DNA of 64,000 nt from Balanoglossus misakiensis. Its lineage: Eukaryota; Animalia; Hemichordata. This document shows, one piece after another, positions 11,842 to 26,200 of this stretch. The notes below the pieces were generated by a model. The model was not told where the DNA came from. It worked only from the letters and a program-made list of their open reading frames with translations, and made no database searches. Position 1 is the stretch's first letter. Each line of letters opens with the position of its first letter. The stretch covers positions 4,232,735-4,296,734 of the forward strand of contig CM082592.2 of NCBI GenBank assembly GCA_040954595.2, read 5' to 3'. The translations under genes and the position numbers were made by a program.

Positions 11842-12554
11842 TTAAAATTCCCACCACAAAGTCACCATTAGTTCACATTGGTTACTTTGTCGTATGAATA
11901 GGTGTTTATGTTCTCGGTGCACTGTAGGGTTCTAAATAGCCAGTGAGGTCAGAGCTATTCTCACACTCTGTGTACAGTTAAAATCTACGCTAGTGTCAAT
12001 GATGACATTTCTGGTACGTACATGTGCGTGTAAGGTACCATATGATGTGTCATGATATAAATGTCCTTGGGTGTGAGTTGAGCTCTGACTGATGATGACA
12101 AGTGGGTCATAGTGTTTGAGTAAAAAAAAACAGCAAAATTAATTGCTCATGTTTGACGTAAACCACTGGTTATAATAATTTCAGCGGACGGTGCTGGTGA
12201 ACTCTGGCCATTCTAAAATTGTTGGGCGAGACCGCCTCTTAATCCATGACGTGAGCATTTCATCGCAGGAATCAGACCGGTGTTTGCAGGCCACTAACAA
12301 TCAGAACAATCTGACTACTTGTGTACATACTTTTGATATAGCCCGCCGGTTAGGACCCGCTATTTCAATAATGATTGAATACAAAAACAAATATGCAGAA
12401 GTTAGTTTTGCAATGAAAGGCACTGTTGTTCGTTATACTGGAAATGTCATTGTACGTTTCTTGCCCTTTTTACACTTTGATGCAGTTGTAAATCAATACA
12501 ACAAACTTTGACGTATAGCCCAAAACAGAAACAGCTCCTGATTACATTTGGATT

Positions 12555-12692
12555 TGAATAAAAACAATTCTGTACCAATGAAAATATATACTGATGAGAA
12601 TTTCTATGTACTGGAAGGCTTTTAATAAAACTCGGAGAGATTAATAAAAATGATCACAGCCCAACCCAAAGCAAATACTGTACTAATAAAAC
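12555..12692 (+). terminator. Cluster of four AATAAA hexamers, candidate poly(A) region of the F-box gene
   Basis: AATAAA near 12557, 12624, 12643 and 12685. AT-rich background lowers the significance. Confidence 0.3.
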
Positions 12693-15394
12693 ACAACTAA
12701 TCTGTGTAGTACTGAACCTCATCTATTGCCAGTAAATTCACATTTTAATTTGGTTTAATAACAGAGTGCACCTGTATCACCAACTCGAAGCTTAAAGATT
12801 ATTAGGATGTGTTTACATTAAGTCTGAGTTGATTCAAAATAGCCAGATGAAATGAAATGTTTTGCGTACAGTGTATTTATTAATTCAGTGTTCTCCCCAG
12901 AGCAATTAAAGCATAGTGGCCACTACCCTTTAATTTTGAGAAGACAATAGAACTTAATTAATATAACAGTTATTGACATTGTTATGCAAATTAGCCACTT
13001 CTCTCTCAGAAATTCCTGGGGAGAACACTGTTGATGCGTATGGGAATTTACCTTTTTTGACAGTCAGTAATAAGTGGCAAAGTCTCAAGAAAAAGGGTGA
13101 TTGGATTTTGTCATTTGATTTCTTGACTGCGTACTCTGTTCTGAATTGCATAATACTAGCTGTGTCATCTTGAGAATAAGCCCCTTGCCTCCTTAGCCAC
13201 TTTCTCTTTGACGGTTCTTCTACACACAAATCAGATGTGACAACTCAGTGCATGTTAGGGAAACATCTCAGAAGCTCAATAACTCAATAATTATGGATTT
13301 GTCAATAGAAAAATGAAATGTGTATGTCATGGTGGAATTGATCATTATTGAACTCCACCGAATATTATTGCACATCCCACATTCAAGCCATTTGCACAGC
13401 TCGCATACATGAACATAATGTCATTGGTTTAGTGATCACTGATCAGGACATAGCTGATGTGGAAATCAAAAATCACAATGCAGGTTTCTTTGACTTGTAG
13501 TCTTGTTGTACCTTCCTTTGTTCCATTGTTACCACGGCAACAAGGATAAACTACATTCATTTATGCAACTATTAATATCAACTTGTCAAGCTTATGATAT
13601 GTTCAGCACAATCTCAGAAAAGTGTCTACATAAGGAGTGTTTTGGAAGAAAGCAATTTATATAATAAATTAATATTTGTGAATTTTTTTTTTTTTTCTGT
13701 AATACTGTGGTTCTGGTTATATGTATCTATTCTGTACTTACTCATTTCGATGTGAAAAAAAGACAATTTTGTTTCGCTGTTCTTTTCATAAATTTTTCAC
13801 TTTCTGGGAAAGATTTAAAAAGTTTATACAGGAAATCATTCATTTTCTTGTGAATTACTGTTATTTTCAAAGACATTTTTGTTTATCCTTTTTTATTAAT
13901 TTTATTTTTTTCAGTCACTCTGATTTCAATGTTTGATTAATAACAGCTGATGAACAACAACGATATAATGTAAACAACTTAAGGCTGTTGATAGTGATGG
14001 CTATCACATTTTGTATCTCTTGATGATAAAACAGTGGTTTTACTCTGCCTTAAATTATAATCCAAGAAGAACGACAAAGCACTACCTGTTTAAATGCAGA
14101 ATTGTGTACAAATGTTGCAATTGACAGAACTTTAACAACAGAACAGTGATTTGCAGAATAATAAGCAGTGAAAGAGGGTTCTCGTTTCTTGTTGTATGCC
14201 TTTTTTAGCCCTATGAAATGTCATGATTTACGGTTAATGTATGGAAGGTCTTACCACTAATTGTGCAAGTAACAGGCAAGATGCAATGATACAATGTTAT
14301 ATCTCTGTGTATGGAAGAGTGTGTACATGTACGTGTGTATGGGGGGGGGGGGGGGAGACTTGCTAGCCAGCGAGACAATACTTGTGCTGTATTTTTTTCT
14401 CTCTAGATATTACCGTCCTCATTTTCGTGTACATTTTGTTACTGGTACAGGAGCTCGTTAACACTAATTAGTTAAGCTCACTTTCAGTTCAGATAGGGGA
14501 AGAGTTGGTGGAAAGCACAACCAACCAACAGATCAACTTGCTTTCTTTGTTGGGATTTGTCCTCTTATCCATTAACGGCAGGATCTCTATATTCATCTTT
14601 ATATTAAAGTGAGATAGTTGCATACATTTAACATGTGAGCTTACTATTATAGTGTAAAGATCAGCTCCTGTACAATATTATCAGACAGTCTCCTTTTACT
14701 GATGATGACGAGGCGTATAGAGTGATGTACTGTGTATAGCTGTATAGACATGATGACTGTGGTGTGTGAGGTTCATGACATGGACAACAACTCTTTCTTG
14801 ATAGTACTGCCATTTGTGGTCGTTGAACTCAAACTAATATTATGAGTGGCCATTTATAAAAAGACCAAACTGATTGTGATATGTAAGCATTCCGAGCTGT
14901 ATTGTTTCTGTAACCCTCAACACATCATTCCTCCAGATGTATACATGTATGATTCAGATTTTATTACTGTTACTATTTTTCCGTTGGTTTCTTTCCATTC
15001 CTCTCAATTACATGTCTGAATTGCTCAGAGATCAGAATTTTTTTTTATGTAAGAAAGATTATATGCATTGATAACATGCCTATTGTAAGATGTTGGTCAA
15101 ATATTATTCATACCAACAGTAATATTCAAATTCAACAAGTTGAACAAAATCTAATTAAAATATTTGAAACTCGTATAGAAACTGTGTGTGAATGATTTGT
15201 ACCGGGTGGTACATGTAACTTCCCCCTATTATAGCCATGTGTTGTTTGCAGGTGACTCGCCAGTTTCATAGGAGTGTGTGTGATTGGTTTATTTTTTTTG
15301 TCAGTGAGCAAATTCATGCAACAGGTGCGCAAAAAGGTTGTAACCAATCAGGCGGCACAACATACATGTTTGTGCATTCTGAAGCCTGTTTTAA

Positions 15395-15452
15395 CCCTTT
15401 GAACTCTGACCTCTGGTGACCTGTACCATTACCATAAATAGGGTTCAAAGGG
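15395..15452. mobile_element. Short piggyBac-like MITE remnant, family P2 (related end at ~32350-32430)
   Basis: TTAA-ccctttgaac...gttcaaaggg. The same gttcaaagggTTAA end and gacc..tggtgacct core occur near 32360-32430. Confidence 0.5.
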
Positions 15453-17039
15453 GCCCATAATAATGATATTGCATGATAGTGCATCAAGATCACCACATAT
15501 TTATGAAAAAATGGCCAAAAAATTAAAGAAATATCAGTACAGTAGAAAATTGCCGCATTTTTCATTGCACATTTCTTTGTCAAAAGTTTCTCTGATTCCA
15601 GGAAATTAAATTAATATTTGGCTTATTTTGAGTTTTCTCATGTCATGACTTCTTTTAGATAGTTAATTGGCATGACACAAAATTACAATGTATGTACAAA
15701 TTTTGAATTTTTGAAACTGATAAAAGATTAATAGGTTTACATAAATGTTAATGAGCCAGGCAAATTCAGCAATGATAGACAATATTTGCCTAATCTTAAA
15801 ATAGCATGATTCAGACACTTGAAAATTAAAACATCTTGTGTATATTTGTCTTTTTTCCTTAAATACACAAGTGGTCAGTAATTTCTTTACATAGAATGGT
15901 GTTGCTATGACAACTGTAATGCCTATTAAGCCACATGGGATGGATATCAAACATATCTTTCGGCATCTGTTTCTGTGGAAACTCCCTCAAAAAATTCTTC
16001 AAGAAGCATTTTAATCGAACGTCACAAAATCCCCCAAGGAACAAATGTGGTATCTTCTTCTACACATACACACCTACACATTGATATCTGAGGACAAATT
16101 AATACCCACCCAGTTTCTGATATGGGTTTTAAATTTTTGTTGTGCTTGGGTACAGCTATATTATTACAGACATATGATACATCATATCACAGAAAATATG
16201 ATGTAAAATTTACATGATAATAGGTCTACAAACACTCTTTGGCCGTTGACTTTTCTCATTTTTTCGCAAGACAAGGCCTTCATGGCCATTTCACTATGAG
16301 CTTGAGAGCTGTGTGGTTTACTAAACTGTGACCAGATCAACCGTTGAGGGCTGCACTAATATATCCAACAAGGTGTTGTGCTTTTACCTAATTCTATACA
16401 TAACCTTTCTACTGAAAATACTTTAATAGAAATGAATTTGAAGGCTTTAGGTCAAAGAATTCTATACAGACATTCTACTGTGAAAATACTAAAATGGGTG
16501 TTTACTTTGTTGGCATTGGTTCTTTTTTTAACTTCATCCTTCAATCTTGATAGAAAAGGGAATTTTCATGGCTTTGTTACCAGAATTATATATGTGCAAT
16601 ACTAGTAATTGTAGCCTGTTGGCCATGGGGTACTTCATTCCTGTTGGCGGTTGAAGTGTTGTGTCAGCTCGAAAAATCTCCAACACAACAGTAAAGAAGC
16701 AAGGCCACCAAAATTCATTTATTCTTTTAACTACTTTATTGCTTGCAACTCCCAGAAATACAACTTTTGTAATAGTTGCTCACAGCTATTATGACAAGCA
16801 TGCTTGCACAAAATCATGGAATAATTTAGACAGTGGTGATGCAATAACATTGTGACCGTGGCCAGTTAAATTTCCCCCTGATCTTTAAACATGACCATAA
16901 CAAAGATTGTTACTTTTCCCCTACAATGAAAATGACTTTGTGGAATCTGAAAATGGACCCTTTTCCCATATTTTACCCCTGCCCAATCAATCAATCAAAA
17001 TGGCATTTTTTCCCAGGCGGCCAACTAATATTTTCTCTC

Positions 17040-17260
17040 TCAAATAACACGCCAATGGCATATAAAGTTCCGTCGTGGACGCGTACCCCGACCCATGACA
17101 TTACACCACACATCTCTCTTATATTTTCATTTGGATCATGAATGATCGCGACACCTTTATCCGAGACTAAACTATGACGTCATTGGGTACTAAGAACAAA
17201 TGAACGCGCCCCTCTGCTCCGAATACTCCCGAGCACAACCGAGTGTACATGCAAACAAAC
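17040..17260 (+). promoter_or_regulatory. APPBP2 proximal promoter with a full CRE (TGACGTCA, 17175-17182) and CCAAT boxes
   Basis: CpG-richer region directly upstream of ATG 17261; gccaat at ~17051 and attgg adjacent to the CRE. Confidence 0.5.
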
Positions 17261-20200
17261 ATGGCAGCTGCAAGTTTGCTGGAGTGGATGCCCGAATCTC
17301 TGTACGATTCGGCGATCCGGGCGTTAGTGTCCGAATATTCCAGATTTCGCAGGGAGCTAAGATTTCTCCCCGATGACATCCAGTTCGATATTTATTACAA
17401 GGTAGGTGTCAGGCGAAACATTCGAAATTAAACTGGTTTTACAAATATTATCCGGAAGTGGGACAACTTCAGACTAATAGACTGAGTGTGTGTACAACAC
17501 ATTTGCCAAGATTTGTAACATTCTAGATATATTTCTGCGTCGTGAAATCAAGAGAAAGCCCGCATCGCAGTTATTAATTTTTCCTATTCGGCACAAGAGG
17601 AAGGAAGCGATTGTGTAACCTGGGAAAAAACGCTGTAGGCGACCCGGCGATTTATCCCTAGAGTCCTTCTGGGATGGTGTGTATCAAATATACAGTTTAC
17701 GTCAAATTGGTTGCCAACTCTCCCCCACTTTCTTGTCGGTGGAGAAAATGAAGGATTGCGTGGAACGGCACTTCGGATGATGCAAAACGGAAACAGGCCG
17801 ATTTTTATAAGTGCTGACATGGGTAGACGGTGTGGTTGTAGAAGGCGAGGCGCGAAGAACCGTGAGCAACAGCGTAGTCCATCACCGACAACCTTTGGCT
17901 CCCTGTCAGAATGCGATAGATTTATGGTTGAGGAGGAGGAAATTTGGCGTAGGCATATAACCTGAAAACGTGTTCACTAGGAATCGTCGTGCAATAATAG
18001 TATTTGGGATGATGAGACTGATATCGCAGTTGTATTTAATATATTTTTCTGCGTTCAAATGACTTTGGTATTTACAGTTACACAATATTAAGGACATGCC
18101 CATAAAAAGTCAAAACCACCAAATTTCACACGTGACAGTTTATTCAATGTTTTACACATCTCATATTAGTATAGTACCATTTGATATCAGGTGATATTTT
18201 TGCCATAAGTAAAATATAGATTAAGTAAACAATATATCTGTATTAATCAAGCTATGATAAACTCAAAGACTCACATTATTGGACTGCTGATATGTCTGGG
18301 GTGGGGTGTTCATCAGATTGATTCAATTTTATGAAGAGCTTGAGTTTGAAGTGGATAAGAATAGTCAGAAAAGTGATAACATGACGGGAATCAATGCCGT
18401 TGGAGACCAAGTTTAGCCAATAATTTGCCAAACGTGGTTGAAATTATAATAATCAGACTGACACAGTGAAATGCACGACTCTCAGATTTATAAATGTACG
18501 TGTGGCTGTCATCCTAATTATTAAGAATACAGCTACATGTATACCGAGTTCTTCCTTTGCTGTTGGCTTGAGCAATATGCCTAGTTTTCAGCTTGCGTAC
18601 TTTCCAGTCAAAGTAATTGGAAGACATATTTTGTAACATGTCTCAGTGTGTTCACAATAGCACTACATGTATGAAACGTACATCGGTAAATGTACAACAT
18701 TTTGTGCACTACTACTTCTGCTCAATTTGCTGCGAATTCAAAACAAGGCAATCTGATGGAGAGGATATACACGCATGAGTAATGGCGTACGCATCTGTAG
18801 TGGGCTGTTTTCTAGATGCTATTACAAATACCAGTTTCTTCATTCTGACCTTGGCTGTGGGGGGAGTTTTCTTTCAATTCCAAACCCTTTCACCACAGCA
18901 GTTTGCTCCAAATCTATTGCTGTTTATAGCAAAGTTGGTGTCTCTACAGAGGGAGGATGAAATGTCTAAATGACACAGTGGCAAATTCAAATTCTGAAAA
19001 AAATGCCCCTGAATGCAATTGTAGGTACATGTAATCAGTTGCCATGAAGATGCTGCCCCACCACGATGTCAGTTCAATACAACAGACCTCACTAAAGCAC
19101 CATGGGCAGGCAAAGCACACTGTATGGATTATTTATCAATTCATTTCATTTTCCGCAACACGAGAAACAGCAAGGAAACAAATTTGACGTAATCCACTGG
19201 CTTAAGTCTTTCATGAATTTGTGCGTCTAGTAGCGGTGATTAACTGCCTGTAAATTCCTGACACGGGAGAAACAAATCACCTTCGATAATATTTTAAACC
19301 CTCTTGCCCAGATCAGCTTGTGAGTTCCTTAACACCATGTCTGTTTTCATTTCAACAGCTCTATACGCAAGGCAGGCTGTGTCAGCTGGGAATAGAATTC
19401 TGTGAGTTGGAGATTTTTTCCAAGATTCTTCGAGCCAACGACAAAAGGTAAGGTATGGCAGGCAGTTGTCGTGCACAGAAAATGAAACTTGATGTTTGGT
19501 TTGTTAGCACTAGCCTTCGTGAAGAAGTGGTTTGCTTTTCATCCTTGGCAAAATAGAAATTGTAATATGTTGTATGTATACATATGTAAGTCATTCATTG
19601 CTGCAATTCTTATAATCTTCTCTTCATAAATGTTTGTATTTTTCTGCTACATCTACAATTTTCTGCTCTTGTTGGTCGAGTCCATTGAAACCCCCGCCCT
19701 TCGCTTTATAGAATAACACAGTCTGTACCGGCAGTTTTGTTGTGGCCATTCAAAGAACTTGTAGTATCTCAAGCTCAGTTGTCAACAAATAAAATGCACA
19801 CACATATTTTCTTGTCAAGCTGGGATAAGGAAATAATAACCAATGATTGCAATTGCACACCATAAACCTATAGATGATTAGACGAGAGAAAAAACATGAA
19901 ATACTGAAGTTGTTTGTTGAACGAAATGGCCTTTGTAGCTAAATACAATTAGATATGTAGGTTGATACAGATAGAATGTGAGATATTGCATAATTCATTT
20001 TGGTTATTGACGATAATATCATCATGCCTCGCATTTAAATACAAAATAATCCCAACTCTGTGTCGTGGGATAAATCAGCTTAACCTTACCTTCACCCCAA
20101 TTATATACAGTAAGTCTTCAATCTCATCCTTGAAATATTCAGCAAAAAGATTGTGTTTTGTAGCTAAGAGGTTGGAAAAATTAGAAAGCTTTTTTTGTCA

Positions 20201-23200
20201 AACGTGATTGTATGGTTGAATTGGAGAATACACAAGACTTGCAGATGCTTGCAAGACAGGAATCTAATTGTGCAGTTTTAAATCATCGACTGCACACACT
20301 TACGGAAACAAATTTAATTGTGTGGTTTTAATCGTTGGCAGTCGTTACGCAGTCATCCTCGTTGAGGTTAGGAGCCGGTGTAATTTGAATGGACTGGCCG
20401 GCAGACTGACAGGAAATGAGCGCATAGGTACACTTCCTTTCCTCGGAGACGGGAGATAAATGACGGCACCGTTTCATACCCCCAGGAAGATGAACGGCCC
20501 TACATACTGATTAGCGAGTCCGCCAGATCATCGGGGCTCCCTCCTTGAACTCGTCATCGTCGGGGAAATTTCAGCGGAGACATAAGACGCCCGAAAGTTT
20601 GACCGTTTTGATTGGACACTGATTGAGCGTGGAAATTTTTGATTTTCTAATCATTTCCCGGAAAATTGATGTCTCACTGAAATGGTTATTGCTGTCTAGT
20701 ATCAGATGTATGGCAAGCTGTATGTTTTTGGAATTAGGACCTCTGTCACCACACCAATTGAACCCCGCACACACACACGCATGCGATATCATCCCAGCAA
20801 CCAATAAATTGGATAAACTGATGCTGATGAATGAGATATTGAATAGGTACATCAGCAATTTGGCACAATAATAGACGCTTTAAATAGTTGAAAATTGGGA
20901 GCATAGACGGTCAAGGAACTGACTCTTCTCGGTACTGTTTAACGGTTGTGTATGATGAGTTACGAGAATGGTTTTAAATAGGAAATGATATTACAGTGAT
21001 TATACATGCTGAAATGTACACTGTTTTGCAAAATATATGTAGGATACCCTGAAAGGATAACTTTTATAATTTAACAGGCGTTGCACTCATGCATAATTCA
21101 TGATCTGCCAGGTTTAAAATAATAACTGTGCTTCAATTGAAACAGATAGACATGCATTTGCCCCGGCTGCAATTTTTTAATTCTTGAATCATATTTCTAC
21201 TAGAAATGGGCTAGAAGTCAACAAGGTCCTAGAAGTACCATGGAAACGTAGATTTTACATTTTGATGCTCACGGGTCCCAAATGCAGGCTTTTTACATGT
21301 AGCTATTCCAATATTCACATTCACATTTCGCGTTTTCGTTTTTAACTGCATCACTATCTCCGAAAAACATCTTTACGCGACTTTTTATTTTTTGCTTTTT
21401 CGGGGGCTCTCGCATAACAGACAAACTCCCAGAGTTTTCACGTCCCACTCCTTCTTTCCAGAAACAAATTACACCACTGTTTCCAAGCTCTGATAGACCA
21501 CGGCGTCAAGGCGCACACAGTGCTCTCCGATGCATACTGCGGCCTGTGTGAATCAGTCAGCAAATCAGGCAGGGAGGAGATCGATAAAGCGGTTGCCCTC
21601 GGATATTCACTAGGTGAGAGTATTTTACAGTTATTCAACGTGATCAAAATGCACAATTTGCCATTATGAATTTTTTTTTTTTTTACTCTGCAATGGCTGT
21701 GTTTCGGTATATGCTTTACAGGTCTATTTATTTGTTCAGGTTATTTATTGATTTTTTTTACATGTATATCTCCTGTTTCTTTCTTTCTTTTTTCAGCGTT
21801 TACAATTTTGTTTCTCATTTACAGTTAGCAGTAAAACCTGATTTGAAGCAAATTTAACATACTTTAGCTAACCATTACCTATAAAACATGAATGAGAGTA
21901 AAAATCTCTCCAAAATGAATAAACGGTTATTCATTTTGGTGAGTTTTTTTCACTCTTGTGTCTATGTAGAATAACATAAACGGTGTCTTGTATCAAATAT
22001 GATTAATGGAAAAGGGGCAACGAGAGAGAGACTTTGTCCCTTTGATCAAATGATGTGACTGCTAAAGTTTGTTTCGTTCAGTCTGTAAATCGGCTGATCT
22101 GAAGGCAGCGTGCACCGCAGACTAGACACAGGCCGTCACAGCCAATGAATACCCATTGATACCAGTGTGTGGCTATTGTCATAACCTTTGACCTTCACTT
22201 CAATAGCCTGCGTTTATCGAATACTCCTGTTATTGCAGCCTTCCCCCGCTCACTGCCGTATACTGAATATCGTTTCTTTGCGTTTGGCAGTCGCAAGCAC
22301 CACTGGACTCGCGTCTGTTTTTGTGCTGCCTTCTTAAAATTCCCTCTCGAACGCGAAGATGTGTTGCCCTGGTTGTTCAAGCAGTTAGCTCCTCCGTCGA
22401 CTGATATCGCACTTTGTACGGGGACAGACAAAGCAATAAGCGGTACAATTTATGAGAAAGGGGGCCGTTTGTACACGCCGCATGGCTTCAGTTGTCGAGT
22501 GAACAAGCTATTTCCCCCCTAATTATTTACAAAATCATCTTCCCCTGTACACTGGCGTTGCAGTCAATTTCCCGAAAATTATTAACGGAGTCGATGACAA
22601 GCAGCCGTAATGGAGCACTTTGGTCGGCAGAATACCAATCGGGTTGTTGATGCGTAGTTCACTTTCTCGCATCACTCACTTCTGATTTCAATGGATAGGG
22701 CGAATTGTAAAGGATGGAGTTTGTGCAGCTGTACGCGTGAGTTTGTATTCTGGGTGAAGTAGCTTTGCCTCCGTTGTCTACTATACATGTACTGTAAAAC
22801 GGGAAATTTTCGCGAATAATAAATTTTCACGAACTACGCGAGTGCTCCCAAAAAACAGGAAAATAAAAAGTCGCGTAAAAATGTTTTTTCGGAGATAACG
22901 AATTTTTTAACGATGCAGTGGAATATGATAACGCAAAAATTTATCATCGCGTAACAGTTGCCTCTTTTGATATCGCGAAAATTTCCTGTCCTGAAAATTT
23001 CCCGTTTTACAGTACATGTATGTCCCTCACTTCGAGGTGAGAGGTCTGCACAGTCACTAGTACATGAAGTCTGTATTAACGTTTATGCTCTGGGTTAGGG
23101 AACGTCGGTAAGTGATTTGGAACCCTCATGAAATATCTGCTACTCATTAATTTGATTGCCTTGGGGGGAACCTGGGTATTAAAATTGACTAGCGAACTGC

Positions 23201-26200
23201 ACTAACCTGAAATGTAGGTTCACATACATGTACACGCAGTTCACACTTTTATCTCATGGTCAAAAATAACAGCTAGATTTAAGTGACGTCCCAGATGTGT
23301 AAAATGCCATTTCTTGGCACGATAAAAATATTCAGAGAGTGAGAAAAAAATTAGGTAATTGAAGAAAATGCAAATTAATGTACATGTAGTCTGTTAAACT
23401 AAAAGGTTATGTGTAAAAATTCTACTGCACCAAAAGGTGTCTTCAGGTTTTTTTTAAGGAGAGCATAGTGAAGAGAACAATTAAAAAAATGCAGAATGCG
23501 AAAGACATACAGAAGAAAATCTCTGATCATTTGAGAATAGTGTGACCTAGAATAGAGAAAAATCCCAAGGCCTTGATGATTCGTAGACTTGACAATTGTA
23601 TTAATGTCCCCCGTCATGCATGACTCACTAAACCATGTTTCCTATCATCTGTCATGTCCAGTTTATATCATCTGTGAAAAGAACACATCCTTGTGCTGTT
23701 TTTACAAATAGCTGCATTGCAAAAAATGTAAGGTGTGTTTATTTTGCGTGACTTTTCGACTCGGTTGAAAACAACTGGTATAAAATTTCTCATGAAATTT
23801 TTCGGTCACTAATAACGTTTGAATATTGGCAAATTACATTGTACCTTAATTAGATGACAATAATTAAAAAAGTGTCTGTCCAATCTTAGTAATATTAATT
23901 AAAGTGATACTAAGACTTGAAAGATTATTTGGTCAAATTATAAAATTTGGTATAGATAGGATATGTTAGGATAGGATAGGTACACGTAGGATATGATAAA
24001 TTTAATATATAGTGCCTAGCATCCATCAGCAATGTTCACAATAGATCACAAGAAAGCTATCATGGAGAAATCCGTCTTCTCGAAGGTTCAAATGTTAGAA
24101 GCTGATAGAATATGAGCTCGTAGTTGTTTCATAGAATTGTCATTTAATACAAGAAGATGGTCTTGACAATAATAAAAAAAGAGGTGTAGGTGTACATGTA
24201 CATGAGTAAAAACTAATACCCTTTCACAATGATAAATCATTTAGGCTCTGGCAGCGGACCCCTGATTTATTCCTGCAATTCACATGACAGGTCAGACGTG
24301 CCGTAAAGTCATCTTTAACTGTTAATGGTGTATACAAATGTATGTATGTCACTTCTTGATGTAAACTGCAGTCGAAACACACAGTATCTTTTACTCAGTT
24401 ATTATTCGTGCCATGTCGATATTCATTCTCTGTATCAACAAAAATATATGAAAGTCTGCCACAGAAACTGAAACAAAAATCGTGGGGATTAAACCTCAAG
24501 CTAACAAATACAAAAGACATGATAAGCATTCTTGTAATTGGCAGTTGACGGAATCTGTCTGTATGAAAGCTTTGTGTACTTGTTTCTAATGAAGGAAAAC
24601 TGTGAAATTAATAATCCTTGATCCAGAACATTTATAATTCACAGCTTGACCTGGAAAAGACACTCGTTAAAATTCTCCTGTCAGTCACTGAACAATGACA
24701 ACCACCTTGACGAACGATTCTTTGCACAGCATAACAGAGAAAAAAATGTAATTCAAGGTCCATGCTGGAATCGTGTGTGTTTTGAAGGATACTTTGAGAA
24801 TCAGTTTCACCTTCAGCAAAAAATAACATGTCTATTTTTCTACAGAAATCTGTATTGTGGTTTCTCTATCCTTGTACATTTCCATGTATAGTTTCTCAAA
24901 GAGGCCTTTATTACATGTAAACACTATCTGCTGTTTGTCATTTGAAATCATATTAATTTCAGGGAAGCATAACCTTAGCGTGATTGTATGAAGATGTTAA
25001 TATTACAAAATAATTTTTTTAATTTGAAGATGTAATTACAAAATAATTTTCAAATATGAAGATGTTAATATTACAAAATAATTTTTAAAAATTTGAATTT
25101 TGTTTTCAGACTCGTACTCATTTCTCATCTTATTTAAACAATCCACTTATCTCGGTAGACTTTTCCAGCATTTGCAGTGGAAAAAATCTTATTCTAACCT
25201 AACTCTTGATTATCCCTTTTTCATCTGAAATCACACAGGTGGCTTTTTCAGTGAAGCTGGCTGGTATGTGGCGGCGGAGAAGGTTCTGGTGGCATGCGAA
25301 CAGATATGTGCAAAATATGACGATGTCCCTCACTGGCTGAAGGCTCTGGAATGTTGCACCAGGTGAGAGAGATGAAACAGAGCTTCTTGGACAAGAAAGG
25401 GAAATTAAAAAAAAAATATGCCTAATGAGAATGTATGTACTTAACTCATTCAGAATTTGAAAATGAAAGACATTTCACGAGCGATTGAAATATCATGTCA
25501 CTTGGTACAATGTACATGTAAATTTACTGTAAAACACTTTATTTTCGCGAGTTAAATTTTTCGCGATATCAAGAGAGGCCACTGTTTCGTGAGTATTAAT
25601 TTTCGCGTTCTCTTATTTCATTCACTGCATTGTTATCTTCAAAAACAATTTACGCGACTTTTTATTTTCACGCTATTTTGGCTCTCGCGTATTTGGCGAA
25701 AATTAATTGCTTGCGAAAATAAAGTGTTTTACAGTATTTTTGATCACATCTTTATTTTTGCTCTGTCTACTCTTCCATCATTATTAACTCCCGTACCCCC
25801 TCCCCCTCCCCTCTCCCCCCCCCCTTCCAGGCTTTTACACGTGAGAAACGCAAACTGCAAGTACAAAAAATCAGAGGAGGCGTATAACCTAGCGACAAAG
25901 TACATCAACAAACTCCGAGCGGCGGGAGTGGCCATTAATCTCTCGTCAATACACGGAGAGCACAGCGCTCTACTCTTTGCAAGAAGCCATTATGACGAGG
26001 TGAGGCATCGTATTTACTTCAGCTCTTTTCATTCTATCAGAATAAACATGAAGAATGTAATTGTGTTTTTGACTTTTCTCCAATAATTTAGTAAAAATTA
26101 ATTAATTTATTTATTTTTCCAACGTTGCATGGGTAAAATGTACCAGTGTGGTTTATTGTAAAACGGGTTATTTTTGTGACAGTAAATTTTGACGATATCG

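Noticed and set aside
20265-20880. GC-richer block in APPBP2 intron 2, possible SINE or transposon (similar block at ~22070-22780)
   Set aside because: No convincing A/B boxes, TIRs, TSD or second copy visible.
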